Shown here piece after piece: positions 8,673 through 16,838 of a stretch of 64,000 nt of DNA. The stretch is from a virus. The stretch is taken from positions 377 to 64,376 of IMG/VR virus record IMGVR_UViG_3300045972_000291, one strand, 5' to 3'. A program made the translations under genes and the position numbers. Within the stretch, counting starts at the first letter, position 1, and each line of letters begins with the position of its first letter. Below the pieces are notes generated by a model. The model worked only from the letters and a program-made list of their open reading frames with translations, was not told the origin of the DNA and ran no database searches.

Positions 8673-9698
8673 TTAGTCGGCGACAATCCTTTCCTCGGCG
8701 CCGGCGCTCTCGATCTGGCGCCCGATCAGGTATTCGCCGGGTGGAATGCGGATCGTGTCGTGCTCTTCATGGCTGAGGCACATCGGCCCGGTTTCGACGA
8801 TCAGGACGGCGACGGCGAGATCGACACGGGTGATGATGCCGGCGGCGCGCATCGACTCGACGGCGGCAGGGTCGCGGTAAAGCCGCGCGGTCGGAACGGC
8901 GATCTTGCCCGCTTGCGCGTCGGCCATAAGGTCCTGGACGGCTTTCGACGTCTTGACCGGCGCAATGGCGTCCGCCGAGCGGTCCAGAAGCGCAATCGCG
9001 TGATGGTGACCGGTCGTCTCGCCAGCGGCCAAAATCAAATGGCGCCCAGATGCGGCGAAGGCCTGATGGTGCGTGAGTTCTGCCGCCGCATAAGCATCCC
9101 GCGCCGCGTCCAGGTCGTGGAAATATCCAAGATGCTGGCGAACATCTCCACCAAGGCAAATCCGCGCCTGCCACTTGTTCCGCTTTGAATTCCAGAAAAC
9201 GCCCTTGATCCCTGACGTGCTATTTTTCGCTGGGCCAGAATTGTGCCTGTTCTGCGCGGGCGTCGCTTCCCGAAGGTTTTCGAGGCGGTTATCAACCCGG
9301 TTCCCGTTGATATGGTCGATATAGTGTTCTGGCCATTGGCCATGAACATAAAGCCACGCAAGGCGGCTGGCTTGGTGCTTCGCGCCATCAACCTTGATGA
9401 GCGTATAGCCAGCCGAATTGACAGAACCAGCGACAGTTCCTTCCCGCGCCGTTCCACCGACCGTTTTCCGCCATTTGAATTCGCCGGTCTCGGCGTCATA
9501 GGAAAGCAGATCGCGGACGCGCACGGCGAACGGGATTTCAGGCACATACGCCGGATGGCCATGCATCTTGATCGGCGCGATTTCATCGCTGCGGTCGATC
9601 TTGATCTTTTTGGGGATCGGAATGATGGACACGTCACCCTGGAACGCCATTCCCTTGGCGGGGTCATAATCGTGGATTGTGGAAGACGGATTTTGCAT
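8673..9698 (-). CDS. QGDV...GExTGHxH...HEEH family protein with in-frame HNH-AP2 endonuclease insert
   Basis: Host motifs FQGDV, GETTGHHH, HEEHDTIRIPPGEYLIGRQIE...RIVAD; insert carries DHINGNRVDNRLENLRE (HNH) and SGIKGVFWNSKRNKWQARI...HLGYF (AP2). Confidence 0.88.
   Translation of the reverse strand: MQNPSSTIHDYDPAKGMAFQGDVSIIPIPKKIKIDRSDEIAPIKMHGHPAYVPEIPFAVRVRDLLSYDAETGEFKWRKTVGGTAREGTVAGSVNSAGYTLIKVDGAKHQASRLAWLYVHGQWPEHYIDHINGNRVDNRLENLREATPAQNRHNSGPAKNSTSGIKGVFWNSKRNKWQARICLGGDVRQHLGYFHDLDAARDAYAAAELTHHQAFAASGRHLILAAGETTGHHHAIALLDRSADAIAPVKTSKAVQDLMADAQAGKIAVPTARLYRDPAAVESMRAAGIITRVDLAVAVLIVETGPMCLSHEEHDTIRIPPGEYLIGRQIESAGAEERIVAD
9051..9566 (-). mobile_element. HNH-AP2 homing-endonuclease-like insert (approximate bounds)
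   Basis: About 172 codons between ...EIAPIK and SGRHLILAAGE; begins with its own ATG. Confidence 0.75.
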
Positions 9699-9731
9699 GT
9701 GTTGATTTTCCTTCTGGGTTGAAGCGGTTGG

Positions 9732-9938
9732 TCAGTCGTCAAATTCGCCGAAGCCCTCATCGACTTCGTCTTCGTCGTCATGATCGTCGGCCCCGGAAAA
9801 CGGGCACCGCTCCGGGCCGGGGCAGCCAAAACCGGGGATGGTTCCGCATCGGCATCGGCTGGCGTGCCTGCGCTCTGCGGCCTCGTGGCGGGCCTCGCGC
9901 AGATCTTCGTCGAAACCTTCGTCGCCGTGTTTCAGCAT
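9732..9938 (-). CDS. Small Cys-rich, acidic-tailed protein
   Basis: MLKHG...RCRCGTIPGFGCPGPERCP...DDEDEVDE; fills the operon gap. Confidence 0.6.
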   Translation of the reverse strand: MLKHGDEGFDEDLREARHEAAERRHASRCRCGTIPGFGCPGPERCPFSGADDHDDEDEVDEGFGEFDD

Positions 9939-9940
9939 GG

Positions 9941-10657
9941 TCAGGCGTCCTCTTTCCGGCGCTGCAATTCGTGTTTGACGGTGAATTTGACGTCGGGATC
10001 GGACGTGTCCTGCTTCCCGAGCCAGACCAGGTAATCGAGCGGAACTTCGGCCCATGTTTTGCCGACGTGTTTGCCGAACCGGACCTTGCGCAGGACGACG
10101 GCTTTGGTGGAAAGCTTCAGCAGTTCGTCGACGGTGTGATCCTTGAGAAGCGCGATCAGAAGATGCGCGGTCACGGTGGCGTCGGCGAGCGCCCGGTGCG
10201 CGCCTTCGCGCGGCAGGTCGATGCCGAGCCAGTAGCGCAGCGTCATGTTCGAGTGGCTGGGGGCGTCGGGCCAGACATGCAGGGCACAGCGATAGGTGTC
10301 GATCCATCGCTGGTCTCGCAGCATCGGCAGGAATTCGCGGTCGAACCTCGCATTATGCGCGGCGACGATATCGATGCCGTTGGGCCAGTCCGGACCGATC
10401 ACCAATTCGACGGCGTTCCCGAGAAGGGGCGCGCCGGAAACGTCGGCGTCGATGATGTGATGGATCGCGCTGGCCTCGGGAGGAATTGCGCGGCCGGGAT
10501 TGGCGAAGGATTGCCAGCCGCTTCGGGCGACCCATCCCGGACCCGCCGCTCCGTCCAATTCGACTTTGACGGCGGCGATCTCGACGACCCGGTCTGTTGC
10601 GGGATCAAGGCCAGTGGTTTCGACGTCGACGATATGAATGTGATCGGATGTCATCAC
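9941..10657 (-). CDS. DEDDh 3'-5' exonuclease (ExoX/epsilon-like)
   Basis: DVETTG, AHNARFD, HRALADA motifs; C-terminal FGKHVGKTWAEVPLDYLVWL. Confidence 0.92.
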   Translation of the reverse strand: MMTSDHIHIVDVETTGLDPATDRVVEIAAVKVELDGAAGPGWVARSGWQSFANPGRAIPPEASAIHHIIDADVSGAPLLGNAVELVIGPDWPNGIDIVAAHNARFDREFLPMLRDQRWIDTYRCALHVWPDAPSHSNMTLRYWLGIDLPREGAHRALADATVTAHLLIALLKDHTVDELLKLSTKAVVLRKVRFGKHVGKTWAEVPLDYLVWLGKQDTSDPDVKFTVKHELQRRKEDA

Positions 10658-10947
10658 GCCCTCGCTTTTTCAGATTTAGCGGCGCGAAATTTGCCGGCGC
10701 GAACCCAGTCCAGCACCGCATTATTGCAGCCCCAGCAGTGGTCGGGCGCCTCGTTGATGAGCCAGCGCGCGATCTCCGGCAGCGCGAGCGCGGATTTGTC
10801 GTCGGCGCGGACCACGGCTGAAACGAAGTCGTTCTCGAACGCGGCGCGCAGGAATGATCCTGGCATGATGCCTTGCTCGACATACCGCTGGGCGCCCTCG
10901 CGGAGGTGTTCGGGTAGGGATGAATAATCAATATCGGCCATGGTCAC
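10654..10947 (-). CDS. Hypothetical phage protein
   Basis: Coupled ORF; YVEQGIMPGSFLRAAFENDF. Confidence 0.75.
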   Translation of the reverse strand: MTMADIDYSSLPEHLREGAQRYVEQGIMPGSFLRAAFENDFVSAVVRADDKSALALPEIARWLINEAPDHCWGCNNAVLDWVRAGKFRAAKSEKARA

Positions 10948-11168
10948 GCAACCTTTTCGATTTCAGGAAGATCGATCGAAGCCCCGCGCTCGAACCCGAA
11001 GCACGTGTCCTCCTCGCGCCGATATTTCCCGGCATGGATCGATGTCGGGGACAGGCATTTTGCGACCACGGTCCCCTTCCGGTTGACTTTGGCGTCTTGG
11101 TCGCTCAGGAACCGGCAGGCGTCGCAGGCGCGGAAAACGCCGCGGCGATATTGCGTCTTCTCGACCAC
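10944..11168 (-). CDS. Small four-Cys protein
   Basis: CDACRF...KC...DTC; coupled ORF. Confidence 0.65.
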   Translation of the reverse strand: MVEKTQYRRGVFRACDACRFLSDQDAKVNRKGTVVAKCLSPTSIHAGKYRREEDTCFGFERGASIDLPEIEKVA

Positions 11169-11171
11169 GGC

Positions 11172-12275
11172 TCAGCCCTCCGCCTTGGTCGCAGCATCAA
11201 AGCCGGCCTGCCATTCGGCGGCGTCGGCCTCGCGTCCGGGCGCCCGCAGATCGGTGGGGAGCGCCTTGCGGCTGGACCCGGCGCGCGCGGCCTTTTGACC
11301 GGCGATGAAAAAAGGGCTCGGCTCCGGGGCCGATTCCTGGGCGTCGTTGGTGGGTTCGTCGTCTTCGGGGGCGGTGGCATGCTCCTGGGACGGTGGGGCG
11401 ACTTCGCCGGTGGTCTCGGCTGGCGGCGGCGGGGCGTCGGCTTTCTTCGGTTCCGGTTCCCTGTCCGAAAGCGGGTTCTTGACGACTTCGTGCGTCGGCC
11501 CGGCTGCGGCGAAGGCCTTCCCGGAGAACATTTCCTCGACGGTCGCCTCGCCATTTTTCAGCGCCGAGAACATGCCGCGCAAGATCGGGATATGATCGAG
11601 GCCGACGTCCTCGAGGCCGGCGACGCCGAGGGCGATGAAGATTTGCTCCGGCTTGACACCGAAATTGGCGAAGGCCTTGAGCGATTTATCGCGGGTCACC
11701 GTCAGTGTTTCGATGGTGCCGGAAACGACCTGCTGCGAGGCCTCATAAGCGCGGCGCCAGACCGGTTTCGGGACGCCGCCAAGGATGGCGTTGCGCTTCG
11801 CAATCGAGCACGCCGCGTTGCCGGTAACGATGATCATGTCGTCGGAATAGATGCGGCCGCGCGAGTCCACGATGCGGCGCCGGACGCGCGCCATCGTCGC
11901 CGAGTTCGTTTCAAGATCGTGATAGATGCCTTCCGCCTCGACGTATTTCTCGGTGCGGTCGACGTGGACGACGCGCGCGGCGACGCGGCAATTTCCCCAT
12001 GACTGCTGGATGATTTCCGCGAGGCGGATGCTCGGACCCTGGATCGGCTTCCCGCCGCGCGGCAGCGCATACATGCACTCGGCGGCGGTTTCCTCGTCCA
12101 GCGTCGCCAGCGACAGGATGTCGTCGGTCGCCCGCTTGATCGAGCGCGGCCAGGCGCGCGCCGTGGCGATCTGGGTGTCGATCTCGGCGCGGGTCAGGCC
12201 GATGGCCAAACTGACGTCGGGAAGCGGTTTCTGCTCGACGATTTCGCCGTCGGCCGTCACAAGTTCGTTGCTCAT
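11172..12275 (-). CDS. Putative ssDNA-annealing/recombination protein with disordered acidic C-terminus
   Basis: Start MSNELV; EIDTQIATARAWPR and CMYALPRGGKPIQGPSIRLAE motifs; function inferred from position downstream of the RecE-like nuclease. Confidence 0.6.
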   Translation of the reverse strand: MSNELVTADGEIVEQKPLPDVSLAIGLTRAEIDTQIATARAWPRSIKRATDDILSLATLDEETAAECMYALPRGGKPIQGPSIRLAEIIQQSWGNCRVAARVVHVDRTEKYVEAEGIYHDLETNSATMARVRRRIVDSRGRIYSDDMIIVTGNAACSIAKRNAILGGVPKPVWRRAYEASQQVVSGTIETLTVTRDKSLKAFANFGVKPEQIFIALGVAGLEDVGLDHIPILRGMFSALKNGEATVEEMFSGKAFAAAGPTHEVVKNPLSDREPEPKKADAPPPPAETTGEVAPPSQEHATAPEDDEPTNDAQESAPEPSPFFIAGQKAARAGSSRKALPTDLRAPGREADAAEWQAGFDAATKAEG

Positions 12276-12277
12276 TG

Positions 12278-13237
12278 TCAGCTCCTGAAGGCCCAAGCGG
12301 GCAGGCTATTGATGTCGATTTCCTCGAGCGGCTCCGCCAAAACCCAAGGCAGGTCGAAGCCGAAGCGCGCGACGTGGTCGCGGTAGTTCTGTTCCGCGAT
12401 GCGCAGCGTCGTCCGCGCGATGTCGCGCAGGCCATTGGCCGGAGACAGGCTGACGCCATAGGTCAGCGGGGCGCCATCGGCTTGGTAGAAAACAAAAACG
12501 AAGGCCCACTCGTTGGCGCCGGCGACGCGGCGCAGCCATTCCGGATCGTGGTCGCCCTGCACGGCGCCGTCGGCGATCAGCGTCCGAGCTGCGGCGCGGC
12601 CATGGTCGTAATGCTCGGCCTGGGCGTCATAGCGGTACTCGGCCAGCGAGCGGCGGCAGGCCTCGCGGAAGTCGATGCTCCGGCTGTTGCGAATCGATTT
12701 GAGATCGACGCTGGCGCGCGGTTTCAGGTAATCGATCCGGCATTTCTTGCGGAGGCCGTTGTCTTCCCAGAAGATCGACACTTCCGACATGCCGCCCGAA
12801 AAGGCTTCTGCCAGATAAGGGTTCGACCGGATCATGGCGCCGGACGAACAAATCTGGTTCCAATCGTCGCGCTTGATCGGCGTCTTGCCGGCGTCTTCGA
12901 TGGCTTTTCGTTCGGCCTTGCCGTCTTTGGTCGCGCCGTTGAAGTTGGTCGGCGCATAAAGCGCCTCGAACAGGTCGCGGCCCTCGAGGACGAACTTGTG
13001 AACGGCGCGGCCGAAGAGCTGCTGCGGCGTCGGGTCTTTCTGAACCCGCATCGGATTGTGGACGGACTCGAACCAGTAATCGCAGGGCGAATAGGCCAGG
13101 CGCTTCATGTCGGTGGAGCCCAGCGCTGGGTCGGCATGATAGGTCTCCTCATCGAGGCCGAAATAGACGCCAGGGGCAAAGGGCTTGGCGCCCAGGCGCT
13201 CGACAGCCTCGGATAGGGCGGTGTAGTCCAGCATCAC
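12278..13237 (-). CDS. PD-(D/E)XK nuclease, RecE/ExoVIII-like (DUF3799-like)
   Basis: YHADPALGST, GRAVHKFVLE, EVSIFW...KCRIDYL...DLKS, YDAQAEHY motifs. Confidence 0.87.
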   Translation of the reverse strand: MMLDYTALSEAVERLGAKPFAPGVYFGLDEETYHADPALGSTDMKRLAYSPCDYWFESVHNPMRVQKDPTPQQLFGRAVHKFVLEGRDLFEALYAPTNFNGATKDGKAERKAIEDAGKTPIKRDDWNQICSSGAMIRSNPYLAEAFSGGMSEVSIFWEDNGLRKKCRIDYLKPRASVDLKSIRNSRSIDFREACRRSLAEYRYDAQAEHYDHGRAAARTLIADGAVQGDHDPEWLRRVAGANEWAFVFVFYQADGAPLTYGVSLSPANGLRDIARTTLRIAEQNYRDHVARFGFDLPWVLAEPLEEIDINSLPAWAFRS

Positions 13238-13503
13238 GCCGGCTCCTTTCCATCAAAAGCGCTCAGCACTCCCGCCGTCTTCCCGAACTGATTCAGAAGC
13301 CCGTCGCAGGCGATGCCGATACGTTTGCGGAGAAACAGCGCCGGCGCGTCGTCAGGGATCGTGGTCGCGCGGATGGCGTCGACGACATCCCTCGCGGCGT
13401 CGAAATCGCCCATGTCGGCAAGGATCAAGGCGTCGTCGATTTGGGTGTTGACCCGCTCGAGCACGGCTTCCATGGCCTTGAGGCAGATGATTTGGCCGCT
13501 CAT
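13234..13503 (-). CDS. Hypothetical protein
   Basis: Start MSGQIICLK; coupled ORF. Confidence 0.65.
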   Translation of the reverse strand: MSGQIICLKAMEAVLERVNTQIDDALILADMGDFDAARDVVDAIRATTIPDDAPALFLRKRIGIACDGLLNQFGKTAGVLSAFDGKEPA

Positions 13504-13631
13504 TGGCCTGCTCCGTGGGTGGCTTGGAAAATGACCCAGGCAATCGCGATGGCGACGCCCCAACATGAGATCGCGAGGGCCAGCAGGAACGCGATGGCGG
13601 TTTCGGGGCGGAGTTGTTTTTCCGGGCGCAT
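13500..13631 (-). CDS. Small membrane protein (43 aa)
   Basis: MRPEKQ...AFLLALAISCWGVAIAIAWVIF; coupled ORF. Confidence 0.55.
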   Translation of the reverse strand: MRPEKQLRPETAIAFLLALAISCWGVAIAIAWVIFQATHGAGQ

Positions 13632-13636
13632 GGCCG

Positions 13637-13972
13637 TCACTCCGCTTCCGCAAATTTGGCGATCTGGCTTTCGACCGCTTCCATGGCGGCCTTGTCGGTC
13701 GTCAGAAGAGTCTCGATCACGGCGGCGAATTCCGGCCCGATGGCCACCGGCTCGCCGTCGCCACCGCTGTCCAGGAACAGTTCCGGCGTCCCGGCGACGG
13801 TCCAGTCCGGTCCGCCTCCGGGGTCGTACAGATCGGGCCGGTTGTACGGCGGGATGTATTCGGCCGATCCGAAATGCGTGACCTCGATGACGGCCTTGAC
13901 GTAGAAATCCGCACCGAAATGCAGGCCGGGGAGCGGGATGGTTGCGGTGATTTTGGTGGCCATCGTCGTCAC
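13637..13972 (-). CDS. Hypothetical protein
   Basis: Coupled ORF in leftward operon. Confidence 0.7.
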   Translation of the reverse strand: MTTMATKITATIPLPGLHFGADFYVKAVIEVTHFGSAEYIPPYNRPDLYDPGGGPDWTVAGTPELFLDSGGDGEPVAIGPEFAAVIETLLTTDKAAMEAVESQIAKFAEAE

Positions 13973-14295
13973 TCCGCAGCGCTGGCGAGCGTTTCAACGC
14001 CGTCCGCTTCCGGCGTCAGGCCGGCGACGACGGTGGCCGCAGCCTCCCCGAGGGGCGTGAAGGTGTCGCTGGCGATGGCTTCGACGAGCGGCGCGTCGAC
14101 GCCGTCGTCTTCGGCCATGATTTCGTTGATCGCGGCGGCGATGCGGGCGTATTTCTCGCGCTCGCCCTCGGGGTAATAGAGGACGATGCTGGGGTCGAGC
14201 GGTCTGTCGTGAGTGTGGATTTTCAAGGCATTTACACCGACATGAGCGCCGATTTTTTCGCGGATGAAAAAGGACGCTGAATAAAATTCCATCAT
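13969..14295 (-). CDS. Hypothetical protein
   Basis: Start MMEFYSASF with SD GAGGGAGGAAG. Confidence 0.65.
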   Translation of the reverse strand: MMEFYSASFFIREKIGAHVGVNALKIHTHDRPLDPSIVLYYPEGEREKYARIAAAINEIMAEDDGVDAPLVEAIASDTFTPLGEAAATVVAGLTPEADGVETLASAAE

Positions 14296-14306
14296 GACTT
14301 CCTCCC

Positions 14307-14678
14307 TCAAAACTGCTGGCGATGATTGAGCGTGTTGTGCTCGGCGAAATCGGAGCGCGCGCCGGCGCTCTCCTCGATCTCCTCGGCCGCGTGCGTCAGG
14401 CTCCAATCGAGGTTCCCGGCGACGGCGTCGGTGACGTAAGTTTCGTGGCCATCGGGGACCGCCGCCGTCGCCAGTCCGCCTTCGACCACGATTGCGAAAA
14501 ACAGCGGGTCGAGTTTGGTCGCGAGTTTGGCTGCCAGACCGGACAGGGCACGGAGATGATCGGGGTCGGTTTCGTCGACGACCGCGTGGCAGATCGTGTC
14601 CAGACGCGCGGCGACGAGGTTGGCGATGGCGTCGTCGATGGCCTGCTGCAGGCCGGTGCGGGCGAAGTGGGCGGACAT
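14307..14678 (-). CDS. Hypothetical protein
   Basis: Start MSAHFARTG with SD AAGGGAG. Confidence 0.65.
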   Translation of the reverse strand: MSAHFARTGLQQAIDDAIANLVAARLDTICHAVVDETDPDHLRALSGLAAKLATKLDPLFFAIVVEGGLATAAVPDGHETYVTDAVAGNLDWSLTHAAEEIEESAGARSDFAEHNTLNHRQQF

Positions 14679-14682
14679 CGGG

Positions 14683-15255
14683 TTAGGCTCCCTTGGTGGT
14701 GACAGGCGCCGGCTCGCGGCCGGACAGAAAGCGGGAAAACTGCACGACCGCGCGCATGTCGATGGCGAGGACGTCGACGCCCAGGTCATCGAGCGCCATG
14801 ACGGCGCGGGCGAGGTCGAGCTTGTGCCGGCGGATGAGTTCTTTGCCGCGCCATTCGCAGCGGGTCGGCTCGGCAGGGCCGCGCACTTGGGGTTGCGGGC
14901 GGGGTTGCTGGCCTTTGCGGAACGCGACGAAACACTCGATCAGGGCGCGGCGGACGGCGGGGGCCCTTGGGGCTTTCGAAAGGATCGTGACGAGAAGCGC
15001 TTGATGCTCCGTCAAGAAATAGACGCGCCCCGCCGTGGGGCGCGTGCCGCCGTGAGTGGTAACCGTCCCGGTTTGCAGCTTGCCATAGGACAAAAGCTCG
15101 TCGTGGTGGCGTTCGATAATTTCCCGGATTTTACGACCACGAGAAAAACCAAGCGCTTCCGCCAAGACGGTGTCGGCGATCATGGGCTCGCCGTTGACGA
15201 GAGCGCTGACACACGACGTCGGTAGCTGAATCTCGGGATCGGCATCGGTCGGCAT
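14683..15255 (-). CDS. Rha/antirepressor-like regulatory protein
   Basis: LAEALGFSRGRKIREIIERHHDEL...YFLTEHQALLVTILSKAPRAPAVRRALIECF; first gene after the leftward promoter, SD GGAG. Confidence 0.7.
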   Translation of the reverse strand: MPTDADPEIQLPTSCVSALVNGEPMIADTVLAEALGFSRGRKIREIIERHHDELLSYGKLQTGTVTTHGGTRPTAGRVYFLTEHQALLVTILSKAPRAPAVRRALIECFVAFRKGQQPRPQPQVRGPAEPTRCEWRGKELIRRHKLDLARAVMALDDLGVDVLAIDMRAVVQFSRFLSGREPAPVTTKGA

Positions 15256-15286
15256 GTCAGCGGCTCCATCGGGTTTCGATGGGGCT

Positions 15287-15315
15287 AATGTTGCCTAATA
15301 AGAAACAGGCGTCAA
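15287..15315 (-). promoter_or_regulatory. Leftward early promoter (PL-like)
   Basis: TTGACG (15315-15310), 17-bp spacer, AACATT; same architecture as the rightward promoter. Confidence 0.7.
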
Positions 15316-15340
15316 GCGAAATGTTGCCCATTAAGCAACC
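15289..15340. promoter_or_regulatory. Two repressor operators (OL-like)
   Basis: TGTTGC-CTAATAA-GAAACA (15289-15307) and TGTTGC-CCATTAA-GCAACC (15322-15340), matching the operator at 16578. Confidence 0.8.
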
Positions 15341-15893
15341 TTTTTCACAGGAAGGAAATTGCGGCCTGAACCAGTTTCAAAAACCGTCCCCTGCGCACGC
15401 GCGCGATATTTCCCGCGTGGCTGTGCGCACATGCGAAAATCCATTAAGAACACGCGCGGTTTTATTAGTTATCTATATTACGGCTGGATTCGGATACCGG
15501 AGAGAAGCCGGCGAGAAGTGACCTGGCAACGTGAGAGGGGGCGGCCTACGCCGCCCTCCTGATCCGCCACAGAACTGTCGCTGGCAGATTGGCGACCAAT
15601 CCCCATCGCTCTTGAGGGTCGCAAGAATCTTCATCGTGAGCTTAGTTTGCCGCGCGAGGGATGCTTTTTCCGCAAATTGCGGTATCATCCCGCGAACACT
15701 GGCGACTTGGGTGAGCAGATGTGGGCAACGGCGATAGCTGAAACTGCGGATCGCATCCGTTATTTGATTCCAACCATCCGTCAATGGCGCCAAGAGGCTC
15801 TGCTGGCGAGAATATTCGGCCAAAAGCAGTTTTTGTCTGATCGCGGTTTTCGGGAATATTTCAGATCGAGCTACAGGACAAAATTTATTGGGT

Positions 15894-16178
15894 CTAGCGC
15901 AGCGGCCTTAGGAACTGATTTTGCGCATCGGTCCCAAACTGAGAGTAATCAGGCCCAATTTCAAAAACAGAAATCTGGTGATGATCTCCCATTGCCGCGT
16001 TTATAGAAAAAGAGATTTCTTTTGCGCTTTTTTCTGTAGCAAAAATGATGGAGAGACCGATTCCCCACGCCATTACGGGGGTCGTTTGCTCTCCAAGAAG
16101 CCTTTTTATCTCTGAAAGTTGGCCTTTGGAAATCGGTATCTTTCTAAGAGATTGAACAAGCAATATATATCTTTTCAT
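15894..16178 (-). CDS. Small AT-rich protein co-transcribed with cI; possible Cas2/VapD-like ferredoxin fold
   Basis: ATG 3 nt after the cI stop; beta-alpha-beta-beta-alpha-beta residue pattern judged by eye. Confidence 0.6.
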   Translation of the reverse strand: MKRYILLVQSLRKIPISKGQLSEIKRLLGEQTTPVMAWGIGLSIIFATEKSAKEISFSINAAMGDHHQISVFEIGPDYSQFGTDAQNQFLRPLR

Positions 16179-16181
16179 CTA

Positions 16182-16511
16182 TCACCCCGATTTTCTCGGA
16201 AGAGCGTTCTCGATTACTATTTTCAACCGATCGCTATCTTCTTTCTTATGGTTGGCAAAAAGCTTCGACAGCCAATCGTCTTTGGGGTGGCGAAATAGGT
16301 CGTTCGGTTCGATTGAGAGTGCGTCGCAAATCAGCAACAGGTTTTTTTCGGATGGGAGCGATCCGCCGCACCACTTCGAAACCGTAGCCTTGTTGACGCC
16401 AACAAGCTTCTCCAGATCGGCCTGGATCATGTGACGCGTCTCCAGCCATTCAACCAGATAGTGAATGCGGATCGGGCGCTTATCTGCATGAATTTTTGCA
16501 ATCTTTGGCAT
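16182..16511 (-). CDS. CI-like repressor (XRE HTH, no S24 peptidase domain)
   Basis: QADLEKLVGVNKATVSKWCGG HTH; divergent from cro-like gene. Confidence 0.88.
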   Translation of the reverse strand: MPKIAKIHADKRPIRIHYLVEWLETRHMIQADLEKLVGVNKATVSKWCGGSLPSEKNLLLICDALSIEPNDLFRHPKDDWLSKLFANHKKEDSDRLKIVIENALPRKSG

Positions 16512-16569
16512 TTACGGATTTTAGGAAACTCGCGCCGCGCCGTCGTTAACCCAATAGGAAACTTTTCGC

Positions 16570-16598
16570 TTGACGTAAGTTGCCTGATAAGCAACTAT
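16570..16598 (+). promoter_or_regulatory. Rightward early promoter (PR-like) with embedded operator
   Basis: TTGACG (16570-16575), 17 bp, AACTAT; operator AGTTGC-CTGATAA-GCAACT at 16578-16596. Confidence 0.8.
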
Positions 16599-16827
16599 GT
16601 CCGCCATGGTTCACATTCTTCGCGCATATCGCCAAAAGACCGGCGTCACCCTTGAGCAGCTCGGACGCACCATCGGGGCGAGCAAGGGCTTTTTGAGCAA
16701 GGTCGAAAAAGGCCAACAAACGCCGTCGCTCAAGCTCGCTGTCAAAATCAGCGAGGCGACCAACGGCGAGGTTGCACCCGGTGATTTAGTCGCCCCTGCG
16801 TCGGGTGCTGGCGGAGACGCGTCATGA
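16597..16827 (+). CDS. Cro-like HTH protein (true start possibly ATG 16606)
   Basis: VTLEQLGRTIGASKGFLSKVEKGQQTPSLKLAVKI. Confidence 0.88.
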   Translation: MSAMVHILRAYRQKTGVTLEQLGRTIGASKGFLSKVEKGQQTPSLKLAVKISEATNGEVAPGDLVAPASGAGGDAS

Positions 16828-16838
16828 CCGCCCCCGAT

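Noticed and set aside
9051-9566. Intein or self-splicing intron around the HNH-AP2 domain
   Set aside because: No Cys/Ser start, no His-Asn end or Hint blocks, and no non-coding sequence for a ribozyme core
15280-16600. CtrA boxes (TTAA-N7-TTAA) at phage promoters
   Set aside because: Only single TTAA half-sites seen in the regulatory regions inspected; no full box
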